Source of the DNA: Diadema antillarum
Lineage: Eukaryota
Direction of reading: 5' to 3'
Assembly (NCBI RefSeq): GCF_040938485.1
Contig: NW_027272455.1
Span: 434,001-498,000, forward strand
DNA length: 64,000 nucleotides
Part shown: positions 25,852 to 36,700 of the stretch, one piece after another
Layout of the letters: each line of letters starts with the position of its first letter
Numbering within the stretch: the stretch's first letter is position 1
Notes under the pieces: generated by a model
Told to the model about the DNA's origin: nothing
Databases searched by the model: none
The model's input: only the letters and a program-made list of their open reading frames with translations
Made by a program: the position numbers and the translations under genes

Positions 25852-27287
25852 TTTTGCCTTTGAGACCCCTAAACCCAAGACACCGCTCAATGCAACCCCC
25901 TATCTCTGCTCATATCATGAAAAGTATCCACAAAGATTTTGTTCAAGTGTCCTACATTGTACATTATATCCAACTATTCAGTCATGGGGGGGGGAGGAGT
26001 GGGGAAACAGGGGGCCAATTTTTCTACTTTTCAAGATGAAATAATCCTGAATGAGGGATCAGATTTCAAACCTAGCAGGAATTTAAAGAAAATTTAAAGC
26101 AATTACAACCTCTTCCCAGTTGTTTTTAGATTATTACAATACAACCATTCATTGATGCAAAGGATTCCCATTTTCTTTGCTTATTTCGATCAAATTAAAA
26201 GGGAGCTGTAATCAAGACTTGTTTGTGAGTGAATAGGAGATTTCAAAGGTGATGATATCATCACTTTGCATATATTTTCACATTTTGTGAAAATGCATGA
26301 ATCTTTCAACATCTCATAACTTTCTTTTTAATCTATTACAGTATATGAGGCTTTGATGAAACATCCATCATTCCATATAACTGTAAATTTTCACCATTTA
26401 TCAAAGTTTGACATAAGTTTTTCTTTGCACTGGACAATACATCCTACCTGTCTTTTTATTTCATTTACCTCTGCAAAAGAAGTGAATTCCTCCATTTTTT
26501 TTTTTTTTTTCATTTAAGAATATGCAATAACCAAGCAAATGTCACCACACCAAGACAGATCTTTTGGGGTTAGTTCACATGTGACATATGGCATATGACT
26601 CATAGGTGTTGTAAATACTCATAATCTCTTGGTCATTACTTTTACTTCAATTAGTTTTGAACAACACAATAAGTTGACTGTAAAAGCTAGAGTTTTCTCA
26701 TAAAACAGAACAGTGAAAGATTCATCAAAATCAAGTAGAAGATGGGTTACTTAGTTCAATGTATGTTTCTCTTTGCCAGGTTCATGTTGACTATCCATTA
26801 CCCTACTCAGCAAAGTAACCTCCAATAACAGGATAGCCTGAAATTGACTGTCTCCTGCATTAACCCTTAAAATCTGTCTGTGCCAGGGACTGTGGGCAGT
26901 GTGTAAAACATTATGAGGTTTTTCTGTGTCAAACAGGAACTCACGGCACACAAAGGGATGACAGTGCTGTCATCCCTGAAGAAGAGGAAGGATCCTCGAA
27001 AATTTGGATTATTCATTAAATCAAGATTGGCTATTAATGCATTCCCTGCATTCCTCTGTTGTGACTTTATTATTGCTAGTTCTAGTATTGCCAATACGCG
27101 GAACAACTACAATGTTTATATACATATACATATATATATATAGAGAGAGAGATTGATAGATAAATAGATGGATGGATGGATGGATGATAGAAAGATAGAT
27201 TTAGATAGATATCAATAGATGGATACAAAGATTGATAAACATGCAAAAAAACAGGCTGATATAAGTATGTATGTATAATGTATATAT

Positions 27288-27620
27288 TTAGTATGTTGAT
27301 TGTTGTTGTGGCTGGCACTCTCTCTGCTTCCGCCTTCTTCTCTTCTCAGCCAAAGCTGCATTTCTCGCATCAGCCACCTTTACGCCAGATTTCACAGTTA
27401 AGCGCCAGGAAGACCGGTCCTTAGCAAGGCTCTCCCAGGAGGAGACGTCGATGTTGCACTGCTTCAACAACACAACAATCAACATTGGTCTGCAAAAAAT
27501 GCAAGAGGGACTGCCACTTGAGGGTGGGAGTGTTCAACCACTCCTGCCGTTGCCGCTGACCTCCCATCTCTACGGAACTACTCCATTGTCTCACGAAGAC
27601 GGAAGGATGCCGACGGCGAT
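27288..27620 (-). mobile_element. RTE-clade LINE 3' ORF fragment
   Basis: Minus-strand translation LKQCNIDVSSWESLAKDRSSWRLTVKSGV resembles the C-terminal segment after the RT domain of RTE/BovB-type elements; flanked by (GATA/GGAT)n and (ATAC)n. Confidence 0.6.
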
Positions 27621-27640
27621 ATTATGTATATACATACCCA

Positions 27641-27722
27641 CATACATACATACATACATACATACATACATACATACATACATACATACATACATACATA
27701 CATACATGCATACATACATATA
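27641..27722 (+). repeat. (CATA)n tetranucleotide microsatellite
   Basis: Direct inspection. Confidence 0.95.
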
Positions 27723-27900
27723 TACATGGATTCATGCTTTCTTCCGTATACATGTAGATTGATAGAGAGTAGACAGACCATTTAGGTAGGTGAAAGACAA
27801 GGTCGATTGACAGATTAGATGTGAGTTAAACAGAATAATCAATGTAAGAACATGAATTAACTGATGACTGTCAAAACATAATCTAGATAATATGCATCTC

Positions 27901-28175
27901 NNNNNNNNNNNNNNNNNNNNNNNNNNNNNNNNNNNNNNNNNNNNNNNNNNNNNNNNNNNNNNNNNNNNNNNNNNNNNNNNNNNNNNNNNNNNNNNNNNNN
28001 NNNNNNNNNNNNNNNNNNNNNNNNNNNNNNNNNNNNNNNNNNNNNNNNNNNNNNNNNNNNNNNNNNNNNNNNNNNNNNNNNNNNNNNNNNNNNNNNNNNN
28101 NNNNNNNNNNNNNNNNNNNNNNNNNNNNNNNNNNNNNNNNNNNNNNNNNNNNNNNNNNNNNNNNNNNNNNNNNNN
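27901..28175. other. Assembly gap (275 N)
   Basis: N run. Confidence 1.
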
Positions 28176-28305
28176 TCTTATAATAGTATTTATGTAGATT
28201 TAGATCAGAATGATATTGCCCAAGACAGGGAATGATTTAATCCGTGAATCCAAGTAAGGAGTATTATGTTGACTTTGGTTGGTTTCTACTTGAGTAATTG
28301 AGTAG

Positions 28306-30015
28306 GTAATCTATGTTTCAATTAAAGATAATAATTCAGTTATAAGAGATGTTAAGTGTGGTGTTCCACAGGGAAGTCTTTTAGGGCCGCTGTTATTCAT
28401 AATATATATTAATGATTTTTCCTCTGTTTCAGAGGTACTTTCCTTTATACACTATGCTGATGACACCAGTGGTGTGTTTTTTTCCCATAACGATATCGAT
28501 GTTCTTGTTCAACAAGTTCATACAGAATTGAAAAAAGTGACCAACTGGGTCAGAGCCAACAAGTTGTCATTGAATGTTCAAAAAACAAAATGTATGCTTT
28601 TCAGCAATACTGTTGATTCTTTGAATTCAGAAATAATTCTGGATGATTGTAATTTAGAAAGTGTGTCATATTTTAAATTTCTTGGTATTTTTGTAGATAA
28701 TAAACTTTCTTGGAAAATACATATTGATCATATTTGCAAAATCATTTCTCGCAATGTAGGTGTTATGAACAGACTAAAATTTTATATTCTTGAAAAGACA
28801 TTACTGGTGTTATACTCCTCTTTGATACTCCCTTACCTTCATTATGGAATTTTAGCTTGGGGCAATACTCATCAGACGCTGCTGAATAGAGTGTTATTAC
28901 TGCAAAAGAAAGCCATTCGTATCATTTCCAATTCTCCCACTCATTCACATACAAATGTATTGTTTAACTGTAATAAGCTACTAAAAATCAACAAATTATT
29001 TGTATACAACTTAAGCCAATTTATGATTATGTATGACTCACAGTTTATTGCCACCTATCTTTGGTTCTATGTTCAAAAAAAAATCAATCATTCCATAATT
29101 ACCCCACCCGACACTCTAACGAGTTTCATTTACCACTTCTTCGAACGGTTCTAGCAAAGAATACATTCATTTACACTGGACCTAATTATTGGAATTCCCA
29201 TAACCACGATATAAAATCTGCTCCTTCTATATACTCCTTTAAAAGGAGATTGAAGTTTTTTCTTTTGCAATCCTATAATGACGACCCCCCAGAATCAGAT
29301 TAGTTCATAGGCTTATTTTGTTACCCGTCCGCAAAATCTTTATTGCCGTTCTTTTTATCATTGCTACTTTTGCCTAAGCTTTGATTATGATAAGATCTTC
29401 TTTAACTTATACCTCGCAGTTGAAGGGTATGTTGTATATTCTTCTTTTCTTCTTCTTCACTTTCTTCCTCAAACCTTCGAGGATCGTTGTCTCTGTTGCA
29501 TACTCCTGTCTATTTTGTTACCTCTTCGTCGCGCTATAGTCTTGTTTCCTATCGTGTCGTCAAGTCAATTTTCTTTCCTATAATTAGTCTTGTTGCTGTC
29601 CCAGTCTTGTCTCATGCTCATTATTTTGTTTGTTATTGTTTTGTGTATAACTGTTTGTCCGTCTGTCTCTTAGTGGGCTGCTAAACTTTTCATGCAAAAC
29701 TTTTCGTGCTGCTTTGTTGCTATATTCAGTCAAATTTTGCATCGAGTTTTTAATACAAGAGGGGCCCACACTCTACAAGCATTGTCTTTTTAGTTGGTCC
29801 CCCGTTTTTTTTCACACAGTGCATATTGACAATTCTTTCATTTTCGTTACCTCTGCAACAATTGCAATGTATTGACACTGTTAGTTTTTCCCATTATTGT
29901 TGTTTTCTTTGTACAAATTTACATGCATTGTTTCTGTCACTCAAGAAAGTGAGATTTATGTTTATATTACTTTATTGTGGAAAAACGAATAGATTCGAAC
30001 TTGAACTTGAACTTG
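28306..30015 (+). mobile_element. 5'-truncated CR1/Crack/L2-group non-LTR retrotransposon (RT C-terminal half, 3' UTR and tandem-repeat tail)
   Basis: Open frame 28306-29154 includes GVPQGSLLGPLLFIIYIND, YADDT, WVRANKLSLNVQKTK, KFLGIFVDNKLSW and LQKKAIR. It frameshifts into ORF 29061-29303. The 3' end is (GAACTT)3 at 29997-30015. Confidence 0.9.
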
Positions 30016-30591
30016 TATATGGATATAAGATGATTGAATAGAGAAATAGACAATAATGCATTATTGGCGTTATACTGTATCCTCTGGTTGCTTTCAGGTT
30101 TACAATGATATATTTTTCTTCTTCTTGGCAATTTTGCTCCCTCAGTGAATTTGGATGTGTACGTTTTTCTAGATAGATGACCAAGATATGAAAATGATAT
30201 CAGATTTAGGAGTGTAGAGATATCAAGTAGTGAAAAATAAAACCAGAAAGGATGAACAAAGTGAACGCAGTCAACATTAAAATCCTCATATTGTTTATCC
30301 ATCCATCATTGTTTCATCATTCGAATTAAGTCCGTTGTAGATTTGATTTTGTTTGCCTGTTTGGTGTTGTCACTTTTTGTGTCTTATTGATATTATCATT
30401 GTTAGCATTTTTATTGAACTCAGTTCAATTAAGACCTTGGAGTACATGGGCGTCACCAGGGGGGGTGCGTTGGGTGCGAACGCACCCCCCTTCAGATCCT
30501 TAAAAAAAAAAAAATCAGTCTGCGAGCGACCTCAACGCCGGACGCTAAATAATTATTCTTTTCTATTTTAAAAAAATATATATTTTGCACC

Positions 30592-30595
<4 letters not shown>

Positions 30596-30650
<55 letters not shown>
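30596..30650 (+). repeat. (CA)n microsatellite inside the TIR element
   Basis: Direct inspection. Confidence 0.95.
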
Positions 30651-30654
<4 letters not shown>

Positions 30655-31801
30655 CGTCGGCAAAAGCAATTCGCACCCCTGGTTCTGGCAGCACTAATTT
30701 TATACAATATCTATTAGTATTCTACAGTGTTTACTATTTATCGACCGTACTGTACATCCGTACGATACGGAGCACTTATACACGTTTGCATGTACGTATG
30801 CTACTTACAAGTATGTAGGGTCTATGTACGTTACTTCTGACCAATCCATATTGCCAGCCCAAGAGCAAGCCTTAGCCTCATTAAAAAAAAGAAAAAAACA
30901 TGGAGGGGCAAGCATATTTTAGTTCCCCCCCCCCCCATAATTGATAATTCCCGAAATGAGAAGATTTTCTTGCTTTTGAAAGAAAACAAATGTTGCCCCC
31001 ATAAAAATATTGGAAGGCAAGCGCACCATTTGCCCCAACCCACATAATCATAATTCCCGCGATGAAAAGATTTTCTTGCTTTTTGTTAGAATTCAAGAAA
31101 TCTGTCCAATTATTTCACCCAAAAGCAGTGGCGTAACTACGGAGGGGGGGGGGGGGGTGCGCCCCCTGCCAATCCGCTGGTAAAAAAAAAAAAGATTTAC
31201 CGAAATAGTAGTTCAAGTGTTAGTAAACTGCTTTTGAATGAAAGGGTAATCCAGAAATAAGATATTTTTCTATGATTTCTTTTAACCATAATTAAATAGG
31301 TATATAGTGTGAAACATTGTTCAAAAAGCCCGGACCCGACAAAAGATTGTGATTCCTGGTTGGCATTCTGCATAATATAAGCAGGATGTGTTGCAGTGTA
31401 CTCAGTACATCCGAACGAAGAGTCGCTACAATGTTGCGCAATGTGATGTAGAATGTACACCTTTGTACCTTACGCTTCGTTATATCAAAGCTAGATCAAT
31501 GATTTTGCAGTGTTGCTTTACATACTAGTCTATATGAAAATGTCTTGCATTGCCAATAAAAAGACTTGACATGGGCTAATTCCTAACTTTTCCATGTATA
31601 CAATACACACACACTAACAAACACGCACAATTAGTTTAGGGGATGCTCTAAAGTGCAGATTTTGGACATCCTTTCCCCGCTTGGTCACTTCGACGCCACC
31701 TCGCTGGTCATACCTCCCCCAGTCATGAACATAAACCCACACCCTTGACTACCAGTGGCGGATCCAGGGGGAGGGGCGCACCGGGCGTTCCCCCCCCCCC
31801 T

Positions 31802-33305
31802 TTAATTTCCAAAGCGAAAAAAAAAAAATATAGCTGCAAACGGCAGTTTTTGGACAGTAAAATGTCAAAATTTTCAAGCTCGCTCGCTCCTCTCGCTTGC
31901 ATTTAGTCGTAATGCCATTCTCCCTGAAGTTGCCGCCAGTAATTGCCGGCAGTTGCGCCTGGTGCGCCCCCCCCCCCTTAATTTCCAAAGCGAAAAAATA
32001 TAGCTACAAACGGCAGTTTGGGGACTGTAAAATGTCAAAATTTTCAAGCTCGCTCGCTCCGTTCGCTCGCATTTAATCTTTATGCCATTCTTCTGATGTT
32101 GCTGCCAGTAATTGCCTGCAGTTGCGCCCGGTGCGCCCTCCCCCTCCCCCCCCCCCCCTTAATTTCCAAAGCGGAAAAATATGGCTAAGAACGGCAATTT
32201 TTGGACTGTAAAATGTAAAATTTTCAAGCTCGCTCTCTTCGCTCGCTCGCATTTAATTGTTATGCAATTCACCTGATGTTGCTGCCAGTAATTGCCAGCA
32301 GTTCCGCCCGGTGCCCCTCCCCCCTTAATTTCCAAAGCGAAAAAAAATATGGCTAAGAAAGGCAGTTTTTGGACTGTAAAATGTAAAATATTCAAGCTCG
32401 CTCGTTCCGCTCGCTCGAATGTAATCATTATGCTCTCCTGATATTGCTGCCAGTATTTGCCAGCAGTTGCGCCCGATGCGCCCCCTTAAATTCTAAAGCG
32501 AAGAAATATAGCTACAAACGGCAGTTTGTTTGTTTTTTACTGTAAAATGTCAAAATTTTCAAGCTCGCTCGCTCGCTCGCTCGCTCGCATTTAATTGTTA
32601 CGCAATTCTCCTGATGTTGCTGCCAGTAATTGCCGGCAGTTGCGCCCGGTGCGCCCCCCCCCCCCCTCCTTTATTTCCAAAGCGAAAAAATATGGCTCCA
32701 AATGGCAGTTTCTGGACTGTAAAATGTCAAAATTTTCAAGCTCGCTCTCTTCGCTCGCTCGCATTTAATTGCTATGCCATTCACCTGATGTCGCTGCCAG
32801 TAATTGCCAGCAGTTGCGCCCGGTGCGCCCCCCTTAATTTCCAAAGCAAATAAATATGGCTAAGAACGGCAGTTTTTGGACTGTAAAATGTAAAATTTTC
32901 AAGCTCGCTCGTTCCGCTCGCTCGAATGTAATCATTATGCTCTCCTGATATTGCTGCCAGTATTTGCCAGCAGTTGCGCCCGATGCGCCCCCTTAAATTC
33001 TAAAGCGCAGAAATATAGCTACAAACGGCAGTTTGTTTGTTTTTTACTGTAAAATGTCAAAATTTTCAAGCTCGCTCGCTCGCTCGCTCGCATTTAATTG
33101 TTACGCAATTCTCCTGATGTTGCTGCCAGTAATTGCCGGCAGTTGCGCCCGGTGCGCCCCCCCCCCCTCCTTTATTTCCAAAGCGAAAAAATATGGCTCC
33201 AAATGGCAGTTTCTGGACTGTAAATGTCAAAATTTTCAAGCTCGCTCTCTTCGCTCGCTCGCATTTAATTGCTATGCCATTCACCTGATGTTGCTGCCAG
33301 TAATT
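31802..33305 (+). repeat. Minisatellite of 9 units of about 160-185 bp with a 3-unit higher-order period (about 505 bp)
   Basis: Units start near 31802, 31978, 32159, 32325, 32486, 32670, 32834, 32993 and 33171; units 4/7, 5/8 and 6/9 are near-identical pairs. Confidence 0.93.
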
Positions 33306-33419
33306 TAGTGTCAAAACGCACCCCCCTTGAAAAAAAGCTGGTGACGCCCCTGGAGTAAATATTAAAAAAAAAAAATACTCTAATGTGTAAATAACGTAAC
33401 GATCGGTAAATCTATTTCA

Positions 33420-33715
33420 CTGCGATACAGTAATCTCTATTCCAGCGCTCGCTCCGCGATTGGCACTACCGGTACGTTTCGTAGAATAGCGCCAGCTTGT
33501 GTTGACAGTGAGCTCCACAAGCATAGCATGTAGCACTGAACAATCAGCTCCACTGACTGATCCATTGTGTGCGCGCGATATGCAGTTTCCCGCATGCGAA
33601 CGATATACGAACAAGAAGCCGCGCGATAGCGATCTCCGTGCCTTGTTCGGACGTACAAGTGTAAGAAAAAGCTATAACCTACCGTGTAAAGAAGTGAAGG
33701 TGAGCCGAAGCCAAA
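33420..33715 (+). promoter_or_regulatory. Probable AGGF1 promoter and 5' UTR (CpG-rich, TATA-less)
   Basis: Local CpG enrichment directly upstream of the ATG; inverted CCAAT box (ATTGG 33459-33463); E2F consensus TTTCCCGC (33586-33593); AAAATGG start context. Confidence 0.6.
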
Positions 33716-33766
33716 ATGGATGAATCTGAAGAAGGCGAAGGCGCGGGAAAAGAGACAAGTTTAGAG
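33716..33766 (+). CDS. AGGF1: AGGF1 exon 1 (MDESEEGEGAGKETSLE)
   Basis: AAAATGG start in the CpG-rich region and GAG|gtacgt donor; phase 0 matches exon 2. Confidence 0.75.
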
Positions 33767-36700
33767 GTACGTTGAGGCATACAGTTATTAAATCTATGCA
33801 CAACAGTTCAAATGAAGGAATGTGAATAAGGTATAGGTTATCATGTTTGATGGAGTATGCTAATTTCTGATCAATACATGTGTTGTAAATTCTATCATTT
33901 ATCAAGGAGTTCACTAGCACCATAGTTAATAGGTGGGACTGGCTTGTTTGATTTCTGGTGTCTGATGTCGTGACTGTATCATGCTGCGCTTCCTTCATGC
34001 ACACTCACTGTTCAGTTCAGCATGGACTAGGCTAAGAATATTTTTTCCTTGTTCTTCAGTGAACATTGCAATAAAGAATACAATTCAGTGATTTAGGGGC
34101 CATGCACTGATATGACCTTTCCAATGACACTTGTTGATATCTTGTGAGATGAATGCAGTGCCAGTGCAGTGGATATCCCCACCATGGCTTGTGACGTGCC
34201 CTGAACACCGTGCATGTGCAATTCGCTTCTCCCCTCGCATGCATCACAATGATGTCATTTTTCATTCATGAATCGGGAGCTACACCAAAGCTGCATCATC
34301 ATTGGCTCTTTACTCTCGTCATTTACATATTTTCCCACAACGTTATAGCATATGTGTGCGACGATTTCCAGCGCTATCAGCCGAACAGTTTGATACCAAA
34401 CTCGGCATATTTACATCAAATTTTCGATTTTGGGCCAAATATTTTCCACCTTCGGTGTAAACATGTATTCAGTGAAGCTATCGTTATGTTTGAGATTCGA
34501 TAAGTCATATTTTTACGTGATTTTAAGGTGTGAATTTGTGAAGTTGTTCGATGTGTTCGTTGGTGTGTGTGTATCAATACATGCGATATGTATGGTAGCG
34601 ACATGTACGGGTGTGGAGCGACACACATAAGAAGCTCAACACCACAATGCAAATTGGTCGCCATATTGTATGGCTTGTGTAGCGTTGTGTACTGACGGGA
34701 GCTCTTCAGCGAGGTCGCCGCCATAAGCGCTACGTAACACGAAGGCAAGCATGCATGTTGAGTGCAAGGCATTGTGTACACCACACCGATCCATGGAGTA
34801 GTGAATCTCGCACACTGCGCTGTGCAGGGAAGCGGACGGCCGGGCGATCAGCCAATCAGCGGCCCAGCTATCATTTCACAGCTTTCAACGGGGGATATTT
34901 TAATGTGATCCCTGTGTGATGTGCTGTTACATGTACATGTTTGTTCTCTCCAGAGCTCCCTGAAATTGGAGTTTGTTACTTTTTTACTTGCATCCATACC
35001 TCTGCTCTTACTATTCCGCACTTTGATTCTAACAACTGAACTAGATTTAAGTATGAACATACCTTATCATGTTTTTGTTTTGTTTTTGTTTGTTTGCTGA
35101 CTGATGGATGAATTTATGTCTCATATCATAACTTTCAGTGAATCTTTGACTCATGATTTTTGTGTCATGCTCAGTGTGAAGATGTAACAGACGAAGAGGA
35201 AGAGAAAGGCAGAGGAGGGAAGAATGATCCACCAATTATTGGTGATGAATGTGTTGAACTGGACAAGGCTAGTGATGGCCAAGGTAGTACCCCTGCTGAC
35301 CAGAATAAAGCTAGTGACAATGTCGACAATGAATGTGATGTTGCTCCAGAACAGTGCTCAGAGACGGGGAATGATGAAGAGGATTCTGGTGGAAGGGATG
35401 TAAATGAGCCTAGTGGAAGTGGTCAAGGATGCAGGGAAGAACAGAGTGGGCTTACATCGGCAGCAGACGTTGAGCCTCAGCAAGAGGCGGGTGAGGAGAA
35501 GATGGAACAGGAGGGAAAAGATGCCGATGTGCCACCAGAGCAGTCACATGATAGAGGTGGAATAGTGCCGGAGGAGGAGATGAGGGATGCAGAGCCAGCC
35601 CCAGAGGAAGCACAAGCTAGGGAGAGAGAAGATTCAGAAAGGATGGAGGATGCCCCGGCACAAAACCCACCGCAAGACGAGCCCAGCGTCGACCGGATAG
35701 CCCTCCCTGACGTGACAACACTGGATGGTGCAAGGCAGAGGATTAGTGAGCTGAAAGAGCAGCTGGAGGGAGAGAAGACCTTACGGCAAGATCTGGAGAA
35801 GGCAAACTCTGCCCTCACACAGCAGGTAGGCAGTCTTGCTATTCTAATGACAGCTTGAGGGGAAATTTTCACTTTTGTATAGATAGCAAGGCCCTCTAGA
35901 ATTTTGTTATTTTTATTTGTGTGTGCAATGTTATGTAGTAATAATAGTAAAACTACTACTACTACTAATAGCAGTAGTAGTAGTAGTAGTAGTGGTCGTA
36001 ATTGTAGTAGTAGCAGTAGTAGTAGAAGTAGTAGTGATGGTTGTAGTTGTACTTAGTAGTATCATCATCATCACTAACATCATCATAATCATGATCATTG
36101 TAAATACTATCATCATCATGATCATTTTTGGTGTTTGTTGTTTCTGATCAATACTTGGTGTCCTGATGAACAATAATATCTGGTATTGTGACATTCACTT
36201 CAGGTGGGCAAACTGCATCAGGAAGTGCACAACCTCCGGCGAGCAGGTATGGTTGCCGTAGAAACGCAAGAGATTGGCATCCAGACAGAGCCAGAGTGCA
36301 TCCACATCCAGGATGAGCAAGCTTCCAATCAGGCGGAGGTCTACCAGGTTGGAGAGAGTTCAAATGCTTCCAATCAACCATCATCATCATCAGGCACAAG
36401 GGATTGGGCAGCCAGAGGTAGTGCACAGGTAAAAGCTGTGACTTCCAAGAATCTCCTGGTCTGAGGAAGTGCTTTGGAAAATGTGTGTTATGCAAACTGT
36501 CCATTGGAGGATGAACTAGAAAATTTTTAGGTACTCTGAGTTAGAGTTTAGGTTCGGTTCATTTTACCAGTAGGTGTGCAATTAAAGTCATATGAGCAAA
36601 CAAGCATGTGGCAGACAGCTTTCAAGTCCTCTTGTTGGACCAGGCAGTGATGATAATGTGCCGTGCCTAGGGCCAGCTGCTGCCTGGTGGATTCAAACCT

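Larger units (their letters stand above)
30445..33352. mobile_element. 2.9-kb non-autonomous TIR DNA transposon (unclassified) with a 5-bp TSD GAGTA
   Basis: Left CATGGGCGTCACCAG (30445-30459) and right CTGGTGACGCCCCTG (33338-33352) match at 14/15 as an inverted repeat; GAGTA lies at 30440-30444 and 33353-33357; subterminal hairpin ggggggtgcgtt...aacgcacccccc. Confidence 0.8.

Noticed and set aside
31802-33305. Regularly spaced repeats suggesting a CRISPR-like array, and ORFs of 80-107 aa
   Set aside because: Units are contiguous 160-185-bp tandem repeats with no unique spacers, in a eukaryotic context with no cas genes; the ORFs are repeat translations.
34000-34900. CpG-richer block in AGGF1 intron 1
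   Set aside because: Looks like a transposon remnant, but no TIR, TSD or coding motif could be established.
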